Source: Octopus vulgaris (Eukaryota). From it: a stretch of DNA of 64,000 bases. Where the stretch lies: the NCBI GenBank assembly GCA_951406725.2, contig OX597834.1:46748001-46812000 (forward strand), in the 5' to 3' direction. The notes under the pieces were generated by a model. The model was not told where the DNA came from. It worked only from the letters and a program-made list of their open reading frames with translations, and made no database searches. A program made the translations under genes and the position numbers. How positions within the stretch are numbered: the first letter of the stretch is position 1; each line of letters starts with the position of its first letter. Of the stretch, positions 14,461-26,544 are shown in pieces.

Positions 14461-15637
14461 TATTCTACTTACATATTCATTACCACCAACATCACTAACA
14501 AGAATACCAATGCCTATGCAACACCACCACTGTCATCACCAGTAAAATTAACATTCTTTGTAAAATTCTCTTTCCACATCACCACCACCACCACTTCCAA
14601 GTTCACCCCCCCCCTTCACAACCAACAGATTCAGTGCTACCAGTAAATACTATTTATAACCCCCCTATACACACCTATATTACATCCCTATCATCATCAT
14701 CAACAACAGCAACGTAATCAACCACCACCATCATCATCATCACCACAGCCATATGCTGTACCACTAGTAGTGTTATTTACTGCCTCCCCACCCTCACACT
14801 GCCCCTGCTAACACCACCACCACCACTGTTGCCACCATGACGATCACCCTTGATGCTCTTAGTTAATCCACTCCATTACCAAATGACACTCACCGGCTTG
14901 TCTCACCCCTCCCAACTACCACCATTGCCATCCCTACCCTACACCTGCATTTTCCACTTAACCAATGTAACCACCTGAATCATTGCTCCATATTGCCATC
15001 ACCTTCACCATCATCATCGTCAACATCACCTTCATCACTTGTTCTGTTGTTCTTACTATCACTCCACTCCTCTCTCCACCACCATAACTTCTAATAACTA
15101 TATAGCACCCCTGCACACACACACACACACACACACATACAAATTAATTCCACCAACACTGAAGCCCCACCCTCCACCCCTCCACCAAAGCTCTTTCCCA
15201 AATTAATTCCAGTCCTCCCCACCCACTCCCTGTCAAGTCATCTCACCACCATCACTAAGTCTCCTCCATAAATTAATTCCATCACTGCCATCATCATCAT
15301 CATTGTCAAAACCACCACCACCACTGACTGACTGAAATTTCCAATGCTCCTTTCTCACCATTTCCGCTCCCTGCTTTGTGCATTGTCTTCAGAAGTGGTC
15401 CCACCTCACCTATACTATAGTTTCCTATATTACTATAATGTCTTAGCCACTCTCATCAGTTCTGTTTTACCCTTTCTATCCACTCACATACCCTCTGCTT
15501 CTTTTGCACTTTCTGTCCTATCTCCCCACCACCCACTTTCTCTCCACTCTCTCCCTTTCAGTCTGTATATCTATCTATCTATCTGCCTGTCTGTCTGTCT
15601 ATCTGTCTATCTCAATACACACATATATATGTATACA

Positions 15638-15675
<38 letters not shown>

Positions 15676-15680
<5 letters not shown>

Positions 15681-15880
15681 CAAAACAGCTTAATTTGGAT
15701 TCCATGCTATTTCAACTTTTGCAAACCCCTAATGGGGCCTATCTGCTGGAAGCCATCTTGAACTTCCTATACCTCTCTGTTCATTCAGATATATCCCACC
15801 AACCTGAACAAACAGGCTCAACAGGGGAGCTTGCAAACCTTCAAGTAGCACAGAATCAAAATCAAACTGTTTTGAGTAAT
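15676..15880. mobile_element. Old fold-back/MITE-like element with imperfect ~75-bp inverted arms
   Basis: ttattcaaaacagcttaatttggattcc.. pairs with ..gaatcaaaatcaaactgttttgagtaa. Confidence 0.55.
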
Positions 15881-15979
15881 AAATGTGTTGAGTGCTCTTT
15901 CTTTCATTTGCCCACTCACTCATATATATTCACACACACACACCCACACCCACACACACACCTATATATATATATATAT

Positions 15980-16270
15980 AGGGGGAATTCACAAAAAAAT
16001 AAAAGACGAATGCAGGTGGTGTAGACAACAAACAGATGTATTAGTTTAACGCTCGGGAAGTGAAAAAGTCTTTAACATTTCGAGCCTATGCTCTTCCACA
16101 GAAAGGAACACAGAAAGAAACAATAAAGAATGTGTAGTGGCTAACGATCTATCATGGCGAATGCTGGACAGAAGGGTCACACAGGAGAGCTAGGGAGAAG
16201 AGGAGATAATAAAGTAGTGGTGATACCAAAACGTAGGAGCGTGTGCATGTGTGTAAGAGAGTTTGTATGT
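15980..16270 (-). mobile_element. Penelope pLTR-like repeat with degenerate hammerhead-like motif (16070-16105)
   Basis: Homologous to 38875-39060. The minus strand reads ttt-CTGTGGA-agagcataggctc-GAAA-tgtTA-aag. Confidence 0.5.
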
Positions 16271-16639
16271 GGGTGTGGAAGAGGGCTGATGATCTTGAAA
16301 TGTGCGTGTGTATGTATATACATGTGTATATACATGTATATATACATATATATATACATACATATATATATATACATACATATATACATATATGCATATA
16401 TACATACATAATAGAAATATTAAAATTACTAAGTCTCTTTAAAAGAGATTACGACAGCGTTTCTGGAAATTAATAGTTATCGCCATACTAACATGGTAGT
16501 CTATAAATATAAGAATAAAGCTGTCGCTGATTAGCTCCATGAAGCCATCGCCTCAAGCTAGCTACTTGACACACAAACTGCGTCCGTTATTAAACCTTCG
16601 AACAGGGGAGGTCAGCCGCTTCAACCTGCTAGTCCGACA

Positions 16640-16682
16640 GCTACAGACATGTTTCAGGGTTGTTGCCCCTTCTCAATGCAGC
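16640..16682 (-). ncRNA. Minimal type I hammerhead ribozyme motif (U3-A8 core variant), left arm
   Basis: Reverse complement: gctgca-TTGAGAA-gggg-caacaa-ccct-GAAAC-at-GTC-tgtagc. Confidence 0.65.
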
Positions 16683-16874
16683 GTAGTCAGACCTGCAGGT
16701 GTCGCTACTGACCGTCTCCGTTCGAAGATTCTATTTACCTAGTTACGGTGGAATACATCTTTAAAGAGACTTAGTAATTTTAATATTTCTATTATTGAAA
16801 ACAAGTGGATGTATTCCACCGTAACTAGGTAAATAGAATCTTCGAATGGAGACGGTCAGTAGCGACACCTGCAG

Positions 16875-16935
16875 GTCTGACTATGCTGCATTGAGAAGGG
16901 GTAACAACCCTGAAACATGTCTGTAGCTGTCGGAC
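16875..16935 (+). ncRNA. Minimal type I hammerhead ribozyme motif (U3-A8 core variant), right arm
   Basis: gctgca-TTGAGAA(16891-16897)-gggg-taacaa-ccct-GAAAC-at-GTC-tgtagc. Stem I is extended by gtctgac/gtcggac. Confidence 0.65.
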
Positions 16936-17149
16936 TAGCAGGTTGAAGCGGCTGACCTCCCCTGTTCGAAGGTTTAATAACGGATGCAGTTTGTGTGTCA
17001 AGTAGCTAGCTTGAGGCGATGGCTTCATGGAGCTAATCAGCGACAGCTTTATTCTTACTTTTAAGAATGCCATATTAGTATGGAGATAACTATTAATATA
17101 CATACATATATATACATAAATTCAGGGTGAATACTTGATAAGTATAAGC

Positions 17150-18247
17150 AAGTGTCAGGCAGCAAGTTATATTCTTCAAGGAAGGCGATTAGTTTCCTTC
17201 TGACTATTCGTTCCATGACCTTGCTGATGTGTGAGGTCAGAGAGATAGGTCTGTAGTTCTTGGCCTCTGCTCTGCTACCTCCTTTATGAATAGGGCATAT
17301 TTTACCTTCCTTCAGTTTTCTTGGAAGTTTGCCAGTTGCAAGGAAGCTCTGAAAGAAGAACTGCAGTGGTCTTGCTAGGACTCTCATACATACTTTTAGA
17401 AGGATTGCTGGGAATCCATCGGGACCAGTAGCTGAGTTTGTTTTCATTTCATCTATAGCCTTTATTACATCATCTTCCTTTATATTGATGTAATCAATCA
17501 TTGTTGCCTCTGATTTTATATCTGCAGTGGTAAAGAAGTCAGTTGGATTGCTGACTTGAAAATGCCCTAGGGTTGGAGTGAAAATACTTTTGAATTGCTC
17601 ATTTAGTATTTCACTTATCCTCATTGGATTTCCTGTGAGTGTACCATCTTTTTCAAGGAGTGGCCCTATCCTACAGTGCACCGTAGCTGTTTCTTTGGCA
17701 AACTTGTAGAAAGCTCTGGGGTTAGATTTCATGTTGTCTATAGCCCAGGCTTCTTTGTCTGCTCTTTCTTTTCCATGGGAGAGTTGCAGACATTTTTCAA
17801 TTTCCAACAGTTTTATTTTCAGGCGGGACTTTTCACTGCTTTCAATTTGTTTGTTTAGGCGATTTGAAACTTTTGTATGCCATCTCATAAGAATTTTCCT
17901 CCCTCTGGGGATTTTGTTCTTGTGTACAGTGGCCTTTCTCTCTGTACATATTTGTAGCATATGGCTTGCATTACAGACATGAATTGTTGAAGTTTCATAT
18001 CGATGTCTGGCGAGGAGAGACATTCAGGGCAGTTTTGTTTGAGGATCTCTTTCTCAATTTGTTTCCAGTTTGCCTTATGGAAGTTCAAGCTGGAAAGATT
18101 CTGAGAGTTTCTTGTAGACTGCTTGTTCATGCTTTCCTTTGGCCCGTACATGGTCAACTCTACCATGTTGTGATCCGAGAGTAGTGTCGGTGTCACTTTC
18201 ACATTATGGATGAGATCCATATTATTTGTGAAGCAGAGATCCAGTAT
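17150..18247 (-). mobile_element. CR1-like LINE internal fragment (APE C-terminus, linker, start of RT); same family as 1112-2740
   Basis: LDLCFTNN, SDHNMV, FHKANW, ATGPDGFPAILLK, NYRPISLTSHISKVMERIV. Frameshift near 17960. Confidence 0.92.
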
Positions 18248-18481
18248 GTATACATACATATATATATATATATATATACATTTTGCTTGGGGATTGTGTT
18301 AATATTAACCTGGTGTAGAACTCAATATGTGTATGCTTCACAGTAATATGAAAATGAGATGACAAAGAAAAAAATGGTTATGAACTTCATTAGTCCACTG
18401 CATCTTACAGCAGAAACAGCTGCAAGCCAGTGAAGTTCATTACATTACAGTTTTCCTTTGTCATCTCATTTTCATATATAC

Positions 18482-18534
<53 letters not shown>

Positions 18535-18537
<3 letters not shown>

Positions 18538-19150
18538 GGTGAAGTGAATAAACTCATCTAAATTACGCAAAAATGAAAATAACACTGACACGTCATTTTA
18601 ACAGCTATATTTACAAAATTACATAAAAATACCTTGAAATACTAAAGAGTAAATTTATTCAATAAAATCACCATTGGCTTCAACCTTGGCCTCCAGACGA
18701 CTTCAGAATCTCCTGCAACTCTTCTGGGTGGTCTCCTTGTTTAATTTGGTGAATACGTCCATAATCCTTGCCTTTAGTTCAGCTTTGATGTTACAAGGAG
18801 TTTTGTTGGTCTCTCATTCAACTGCACTCCCACACGTAATAATCAAGGGGGTTGCAGTCTGGGGAGTTAGATGGCCAGATTTTAGGTGTGATGTGGTCAT
18901 AGAAATTATCTGACAGCCATGACTAAGTTCTCTTGCTTGTGTGGCATGGTGCAGAGTCCTATTGTCAGATATAGGGTCTTTCAGCAGCCACCCTTCTTGA
19001 CCCAGGGCAGCCCTACCTCCTCCAGGTACTTGATGTAGGCTTCCGTGTTGAGTCTGAGGCCATGTGGGAAGATGAATGGAAGCATAACATCACCATTGCT
19101 AGTAATCACTCCAAATACCATGATGTTGACTGGATGTTTGGTTTTTATCA
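18535..19150 (-). mobile_element. Tc1/mariner-superfamily (DD37D/maT-like) transposon, 3' half with terminus TA-CAGGGTG
   Basis: Minus strand: KTKHPVNIMVFGVITSNGDVMLPFIFPHGLRLNTEAYI..WPSNSPDCNPLDYYVW..EANGDFIE*. Confidence 0.85.
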
Positions 19151-19495
19151 CTCTCTGTACAAGTCTTCAGATTGACACCCAAACACTATGAAATGTTCGT
19201 ATTGAAGTTTCCAGCTTGAATGCCAAGCAGTACAGTGTACAGGGGAAAATTTCTTGTGAATTAACCCCGAAATTGGACCAATATGGTAATAACAAATTTT
19301 TTAGAGATTTCTATCGGTTTGTTTCGAGACGCATAAATTTAATGGTTATCGATAATTTTTTGTTTCGGCGTATCTGGCATTAGAATTTTTCTTCTGCCCT
19401 TATCTTGTAAATTATGTATAAATTTTACCTTTAAAGGCATTTTTTGATATGCTGGCCATTGATAAAATTTTTTCCCGAAAAAATTTTTATCCTAT

Positions 19496-19538
<43 letters not shown>

Positions 19539-19564
19539 TTAGATATACTTATATATATATACTT

Positions 19565-19605
<41 letters not shown>

Positions 19606-19639
19606 TATACTTAGATATATATATATATAGATAAAGATA

Positions 19640-21097
19640 TCATCATCATCATCATTTAACATCCGCTTTCCATGCTAGCATGGGTTGGACGGTTCAACTG
19701 GGGTCTGGGGAGCCCGAAGGCTGCACCAGGCCAGTCAGATCTGGCAGTGTTTCTACAGCTGGATGCCCTTCCTAACGCCAACCACTCCGAGAGTGTAGTG
19801 GGTGATTTTATGTGCCACCGACACAGGTGCCAGACGAGGCTGGCGAACGGCCACGCTCGGATGGTGTTTTTATGTGCCACCGACACAGGTGCCAGACGTG
19901 GCTGGCGAACGGCCACGCTCGGATGGTGTTTTTATGTGCCACCGACACAGGTGCCAGATGAGGCTGGCGAACGGCCACGCTCGGATGGTGTTTTTATGTG
20001 CCACCGACTCAGGTGCCAGACAAGGCTAGCAGACGACCACGCTCGGATGGTGTTTTTTATGTGCCACCGACACAGGAGCCAGATGAGGCTGGCGATCGGC
20101 CACGATCGGATGGTGATTGTTACGTGCCCACAGCATGGAGGCCAGTCGGTGCGGCACTGGTTATGGCCACATTCGGATGATTTTCTCGTGTGCCACCGGC
20201 ACTGGTACCACAAAGATACAAATTCCATTGATGTTCATCTATTTTGATTTTGTTTGATTTTTTGATTTGATTTGATTCGATTTTCACTTGCCTCAACAGG
20301 TCTTCACAAGTGTCACAAGAAGGAAGGTATGCACAGGTGGACTGACTACGTCCCAGGTAGGGGCCACGGGTTATGGCCTGACTAGTCTTGCCGGGTCTTC
20401 TCACGCACAGCATACTTCCATAGGTCTCGGTCTCTAGTCATTTCCTTGGTGAGACCTAAAGTTCGAAGGTCATGCTTCACCACTTCGTCCCAGGTTTTCC
20501 TGGGTCTACCTCTTCCACAGGTTCCCTCAACTGCTAGGGTGTAGCACTTTTGCACACAACTATCTTCTGCCATTCTCGTCATATGACCATACCTGCGCAG
20601 CCGTCTCTCTTGCACACCACAACTGACGCTTCTTAGGTTCAACTTTTCTCTCAAGGTACTTACACTCTGTCGATTATGAACACTGACATTACACATCCAT
20701 CGGAGCATACTGGCTTCATTTCTTGCGAGCTTACGCATATCCTCAGCAGTCACGGCCCATGTTTCACTACCATGTAGCATGGCTGTACGTACACATGCAT
20801 CATACAGTCTGCCTTTTACTCTGAGCGAGAGGCCTTTTGTCACCAGCAGGGGTAAGAGCTCTCTAAACTTTGCCCAGGCTATTCTTACTCTAGCAGTTAC
20901 ACTTTCAGCACACCCACCCCCGCTACTGACTTGGTCTCCTAGGTAGCGGAAGCTATCAACTACTTCTAGTTTGTCTCCCTGGAACGTGGTAGAAGTTGGT
21001 CTCTGCACGTTTCCAGAGTTTATTTCTCCTGAGCATCTGCCACATACGAAAACTATCTTCCCAGTTAGCCTACCTTTGACATTGCTGCACCTCTTCT
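19640..21097 (-). mobile_element. RTE-clade LINE 3' part: ORF2 C-terminus, 3' UTR with ~61-bp tandem units and (GAT)n tail
   Basis: LEVVDSFRYLGD, KGRLYDACVRTAMLHGSETW, GRGRPRKTW. A Cys-rich KRC..FVCGRC segment lies upstream. Confidence 0.92.
19800..20200. repeat. ~61-bp minisatellite (about 6 units) within the RTE 3' UTR
   Basis: ggatggtgtttttatgtgccaccgacacaggtgccagacgaggctggcgaacggccacgctc repeated. Confidence 0.9.
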
Positions 21098-21591
21098 GAT
21101 AGTTCCGTGGTAGCTAAGGCAATTAGAAGCACGAAGACAGGGAAAGCCCCAGGCCCATCAGGAATTACTGCAGAGATGCTCAAAATATCTGGTAGTGTCG
21201 GCTATAGCATAGTCACCCGTATAGTTAACCAGGTGATACACGAAGGAGTCATACCCAATGACTGGTGTAGCAGCATAATAGTCAACTGCTACAAAGGTAA
21301 AGGTGACGCCCTAGATACAAATAACTACAGGGGCATCAAGCTGTTGGATCAGGTAATGAAGGTTACGGAGAGGGTTATAGCCCAATTAATTAGAGAGAGA
21401 GTTAGCTTAGATGATATGCAGTTTGGGTTCGTGCCAGGGAAAAGTACTACTGATGCTATATTCCTGGTAAGACAGCTGCAGGAGAAATACCTAGCCAAAG
21501 GTAAGCCCTTGTACCTGGCTTTTGTTGACTTGGAGAAAGCCTTTGACAGGGTCCCCCGATCCCTTATCTGGTGGTCAATGAGGAAACTAGG
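21098..21591 (+). mobile_element. RTE-clade LINE RT N-terminal fragment, inverted relative to the adjacent 3' part
   Basis: GKAPGPSGI, NYRGIKLL, QFGFVPGKSTTDAIF, AFVDLEKAFDRVPR. Confidence 0.92.
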
Positions 21592-21649
21592 ATATACTTA
21601 GTTAAATGATGATGATGATGAACATGACCTTAATTGTTCCTACTAGAAC

Positions 21650-23530
21650 TTCTGTGGCCAGGAAGACTCCAGAGAGAGATGGAATGGGTGGACCAGAGCT
21701 ATATGGACCCCTGTAAACAATGATCTGGTTAAAAAGATGGTCGCACAAGTAGTAGGTGCAAGTACCAAGATCACACTCAAGGACCACATATTTAAGTTTA
21801 ACAACAAGAGGAAGGTGCAGTATTGCCGGTGATGTGGCTAGCCTGTTTATGGTATGGTGGGATAGGAGTCTGAAAGAGAAATTTGCAGAGAACTCCATAA
21901 CCCTAACCATGTACTCCCACTATGTGGATGATATCAACATAATAACAAAGCACTCCTACAAGATAATGTTGATGATCTAGAAGCTAACACTATGGAGAGT
22001 GTCCAGCAAATAGCTAACTCCATCCACCAGAGTTTCAAAGTAACAATAGACTACACTAACAAGCACCCCAACAATAGGCTACCAGTTTTAGACATGGAAC
22101 TCTGGTTAGAAATCAAGAACAATAAGGTCCAGATCCTTCACTCCCATTATCCCAAACCCATAGCCCCTGAATACCTTGTCCACAAGAACACAGCCATTGC
22201 GGACAATGCCAAGTTCAATATTCTTAGAGCAGACTTGGTGAGAGTGATGAGGAATGTGTCTCACATGTGCAACCCTATGGAATTGGAAAGACACATACGA
22301 CACTTCATCTACCACATGCAGTTCTCTGGCTACAACCAAAGATACAGAATTAGAGTGTACAAAGAAGTCAAGGTTAAGTACAAAACCATCATAGAGAGTG
22401 ATGCAAAGGGGATCTGCCTGCTATACAGGAATAAGCCCTGCAACAGCACAGAAGGGACCAGAAAAAAGATAAAGGCCAATTTGTGGTATGACAACAAAAA
22501 ATACCACAGTGTCATGTTCGTTGATGCTACCCCTGATAGCAAACTAGCAGACCTTTTTAGAAAAACATTTGATATGGCCATTCTATGGATTGAAGTAGTG
22601 GAAAGGTCTGGTGCCCCTATAAAATCCCTAAACTGTAGAACTTATCCCTTTGATAGGTCCCCATGAATGGAGAACAATTGTATTGTATAAAAAGCACTAT
22701 CCGACTCGTGGCCGATGCCAGCGCCGCCTCCACTGGCTTCCGTGCCGGTGGCACGTAAAATACACCAATCCGACCGTACGACAGGCACCCATGCCAACCC
22801 CCTTTGCTTGCAAAGACATGTTGGGGCAAGCGAAATCGAAATCGAATTGAACCAGCCAGGATCCCTGGTCTGGTCTGGTGGTACGTAAAAAGCACTATCC
22901 GACTCGTGGCCAATGCCAGCACCGCCTCGACTGGCTTCCATGCCGGTGGCACATAAAATACACCAATCCGACCGTGGCCATTGCCAGCCTCGCCTGGCAC
23001 CTGTGCAGGTGGCACGTAAAAAGCACCCACTACACTCATGGAATGGTTGGCTTTAGGAAGGGCATCCAGCTGTAGAAACATTGCCAGATAAGACTGGAGC
23101 CTGGTGCAGCCTTCTGGCTTCCCAGATCCCCGGTCGAACTGTCCAACCCATGCTAGCATGGAGAACGGACGTTAAACGATGATGATGATGATGATGTAGG
23201 ATGAACCCACAGGTTAATTAAGTATATGGATTACAGTGCATAGCTTATGATGTACTGAGGGACAGTGCAGAAGCATGACAACTACTTACATTGAAGAGAC
23301 AGCACACAGCATAGGAGAGCATACAAGTGAACAGTGGTGAGGACTCAAGGAAGAGAAAGGCTCTTCAATGCTATGCCAACATGCTCAAGCAGAACATAGA
23401 GGTTCGGTAAATAGCAGGTCAAAGTATTATCAATGCATAGAACTGATACAACACTTAGACAGATGACAGAGGCAATGCACATAGCAATAGACTGACCAAG
23501 TCTCAATAGAAAACACAAATGGAACCATAA
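21650..23530 (+). mobile_element. Decayed Penelope-like element: RT (YVDD), thumb, Cys knuckle and GIY-YIG endonuclease; split by an RTE 3'-end insertion
   Basis: HIFKFNNK..SHYVDDINI..LPVLDMELW..HYPKP..LVRVMRN..MFVDATPDSKLA..VVERSG. After the insertion: CIV|CRMNP..VYGLQC..YIEETAHSIGE..QHAQAEH..RQMTEAMHI. Confidence 0.8.
22688..23196 (+). mobile_element. RTE-LINE 3' UTR/3'-end copy inserted into the Penelope-like ORF
   Basis: gtggcacgtaaaa-type repeat units, the conserved 3' end and a (GAT)n tail. Confidence 0.85.
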
Positions 23531-24704
23531 TACCCACCACTACACCACACAACATGATAGCTAAAGACTGAAGGGAGGAAAAAAACCCAGATGCAAACAG
23601 CATGATACACATATAATAGACATATATGCATATACCTATGATTAATAAAGAAAAATTATTTTTTAAATTAAAGACAAAAAAACTGTATAAAGGGCATGGA
23701 TACAAACCAAATAGGAAGTGAACTCATACATACAAACACACATACAGTAACTTCACAGATGGCCACAACAATATCGACAACATGACTAACAACAACAACA
23801 TCTACCATAATTGCAGCAGCATGGGCGAACACACAAACACAGTGGGTTACAAGAATGGAACAAAAAGTTGGGTTCAAGTGCAGCAGCAGGGTAGGGGATG
23901 GGGTAGAGGGGAGGGTCATAATGCTACTAAGAACAATTACACACACACACGTACACACACACACTGATGCATGCGCAGACAAGGATACTCATCATAGAAG
24001 AACAGAATGGAATAGGCAGAACAAGAGCACACACAAAGATAGAAAGTGTCACGGAGGAGGTCACAGATGTGTGATAAAAGATTTCCAGACAAAGGACATG
24101 AGTTAGAATAAGAACAGTAATAAACAAGTAAAGAATAAATATATAGTACAAAAAACAGAAAATGACCGTTCCAAAATACAACAATATATACATATATATC
24201 TATATATAAATGTTTATATGTATAAAACAAATACGCAATATGTGCATTTAGATGTATCTATTAAGATATATATACATACACACTCATATTCATGTATGCA
24301 TATATATGTATGTGTGTGATATATATATATGTTATAAGTATATGTTATATATATATAAATACACATTGATATATAGATATATGTATACACATACACATGA
24401 TGCCAAGTCATTAATTATCTGCCATACACACATTCTAATATATTTATAGATTTGTCACCAATATGATGAGAGAATTAGTTGTGCTCACATCACAAGACGT
24501 CTCCCTCCAGTCACCAGAGCTGGGACAGGTTCAGACTTGTAACATCAATTAAGCTGCCGCTGTTATTATTGTTGCTGTTATTTTATCTGTGGTCATTGGG
24601 ATATCTGTTTACTCAAAACCTCAACATTCACACATCTTGGCTGCTTTGTTTCATGTTAATAATTATCCTTTTCTGAATTTATTAGCACAGCGGCAGCAGT
24701 AGTA

Positions 24705-25030
24705 GTGGAGGAGCATCATAGCCATGGGTTGCGAGGAATTCTTTAAGGTTTGAATAATTCACCTTTGGAAATATGGGTGTTTCGTTGAACATCCTTAAAC
24801 AATCTTCATTCAGGGACCTCTAACTGGGCCCCATCTGCAAGGTCATGCACTGTTTATCTTGATATTAGATCACCATGTCACACACATATATGGCTGTGAT
24901 GTATGTGTGTACCTGGTGAACCCTTATCAGGCAGGTAGCTATGATGGGTATACTGGGCTTTGTATATTTGTACCGTAGGGTCACTTTGATGGCATACACT
25001 GCTCTCTCACTCAATACTAATAATAACAAT
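24705..25030 (+). mobile_element. Interspersed retroposon, family C, ending ctctctcactcaata(ATA)n
   Basis: Homologous copies at ~39430-39790 (-) and ~62685-62845 (-). Confidence 0.7.
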
Positions 25031-25154
25031 GATTTCAAGTTTTGGCACAAGGCTAGGAATTTCAGGGTTGGAAGGAATAAGTTGATTCCATACAGTTACA
25101 CAGACATATTTGTAAACATGTAAGATATAAGCATTTAGATATAATAAATGTATC

Positions 25155-25375
25155 ATCATTTTCACCATCCTCATGCTTGCATGGTTCAGACAGAATTTGT
25201 TGAAGCAGTTGTTCTATGGCCAGATGCTCTTGCTGTTCCCAACTCTCACCTGTTTAGAAGTAAGGTAACGTTCCCCCATGGCCAAAGGCTGAAAACGACA
25301 TAATTTGCATAATGGTGATACTTACTACTATCAGATGAAGTTAAAGAGACAGTAACGCACAAACACTCAGATGCA
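25155..25375 (-). mobile_element. RTE-tailed SINE-like repeat, family F
   Basis: Homologous to 27508-27720 and shares the ctggatgcccttcc..ccaac segment with the RTE end. Confidence 0.6.
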
Positions 25376-25435
<60 letters not shown>

Positions 25436-25486
25436 CATGCACACACACACACACACATATATATACAGACAGACATGCATACATAC

Positions 25487-26340
25487 AAAACTTAACCCGG
25501 AAAAGTCGGTGGGCTTGCTGCTCACCACCTGGAGAGACACGTTGAGTGCTGGATGGACAGACTAGTAAAGTTACTTGGGGTTAGGTTTAGACCAGACCTC
25601 CAGGCGAATAAGAATTGAGATGAGGTGACAAACAGTGTCGCCAGTCTCACCCGGAAACGGGCTGCAAGGAAGCTGTCACTGAAAAGAAGTGGCAAATGCA
25701 TACATCACAATCGAATTTACTACCGCCTGACTGTCATGCCTTTCCCCCAGTCAAGCCTCACCAAGTTCGAGCCCCTCTTCTTTAAATTCTTGTGGAAGGG
25801 GACAGGTTCTGTTGGCAAGGCAGTCCATCTGCTGCTAGCACCCTCTACATGGAGGATTGGGCATGCCATGGCTAATGATGCATAGACATGTGCTGGGGCT
25901 GCAGCATCTCCAGATATTCTGCCTACACAGTGAACAGGTATGGTCACCATTTGTCAAACAGGCCTTTCCCCAACTTGTCTCCTTGACTGATCTGTAGTTT
26001 GGGGTCAAGAAGAGACCCAGACAGGATGTAAGGCATGTTGAATGTTGCCAGGCCCTCACTGCCCTCTATCAAGCGGGAAAATCAGTCAGTGGAACATCCA
26101 CTCTTGAGTTCTTTAGAGGGTTAATGGTGGGAAAGTGCAAGGACACACTTGGAGAGGTGCTGGGCATCGATGAAGTTGAACTGACCATATCTGTTGCAGA
26201 GGACTTTCGAGCCTAGGACACGAGATAACTTCCAGAAATCTCTTGCTTGGCAGTGCTACTGGGGGGGCACTGCCAGTTCAAAATAAACTCTACATGCACG
26301 GAAGTGCTGTCAGACAGACCTGCCCAAGGTGCATGCACTT
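25487..26340 (+). mobile_element. Decayed L1/Tx1-like LINE fragment (RT C-terminus to zinc-binding region)
   Basis: KLNPEKS..VKLLGV..RKLSLK..FFKFLWKG..DNFQKSLAWQCY.GALPV..TCPRC, with multiple frameshifts. Confidence 0.75.
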
Positions 26341-26544
26341 GTCCATGGTTCTCCTGGAATATTATCTAGATGGTTTTGACATCTCTTTCTTATCATACCA
26401 AGGACACTCACAATAACAGGAACAGTTCTCAATTTTAAGATGCCACATCTTTTGTATTTCTATTTCCAAGTCCTTATATTTACTTAATTTGTCAAATTCC
26501 TTCACAGATGTATTTTAATTATTATTATTATCATTGTATGACAA

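Larger units (their letters stand above)
16410..17097. mobile_element. Large nested fold-back element with ~290-bp inverted arms, each carrying a hammerhead motif
   Basis: 16469-16759 is a near-identical reverse complement of 16808-17097, which gives the mirror ORFs 16539+/16825-. 16410-16443 is the reverse complement of 16760-16793. Flanked by TA tracts. Confidence 0.85.

Noticed and set aside
16539-17103. Two mirror-image small ORFs (MKPSPQASYL..)
   Set aside because: A by-product of the inverted repeat, antisense to the ribozyme strand, with no protein motif.
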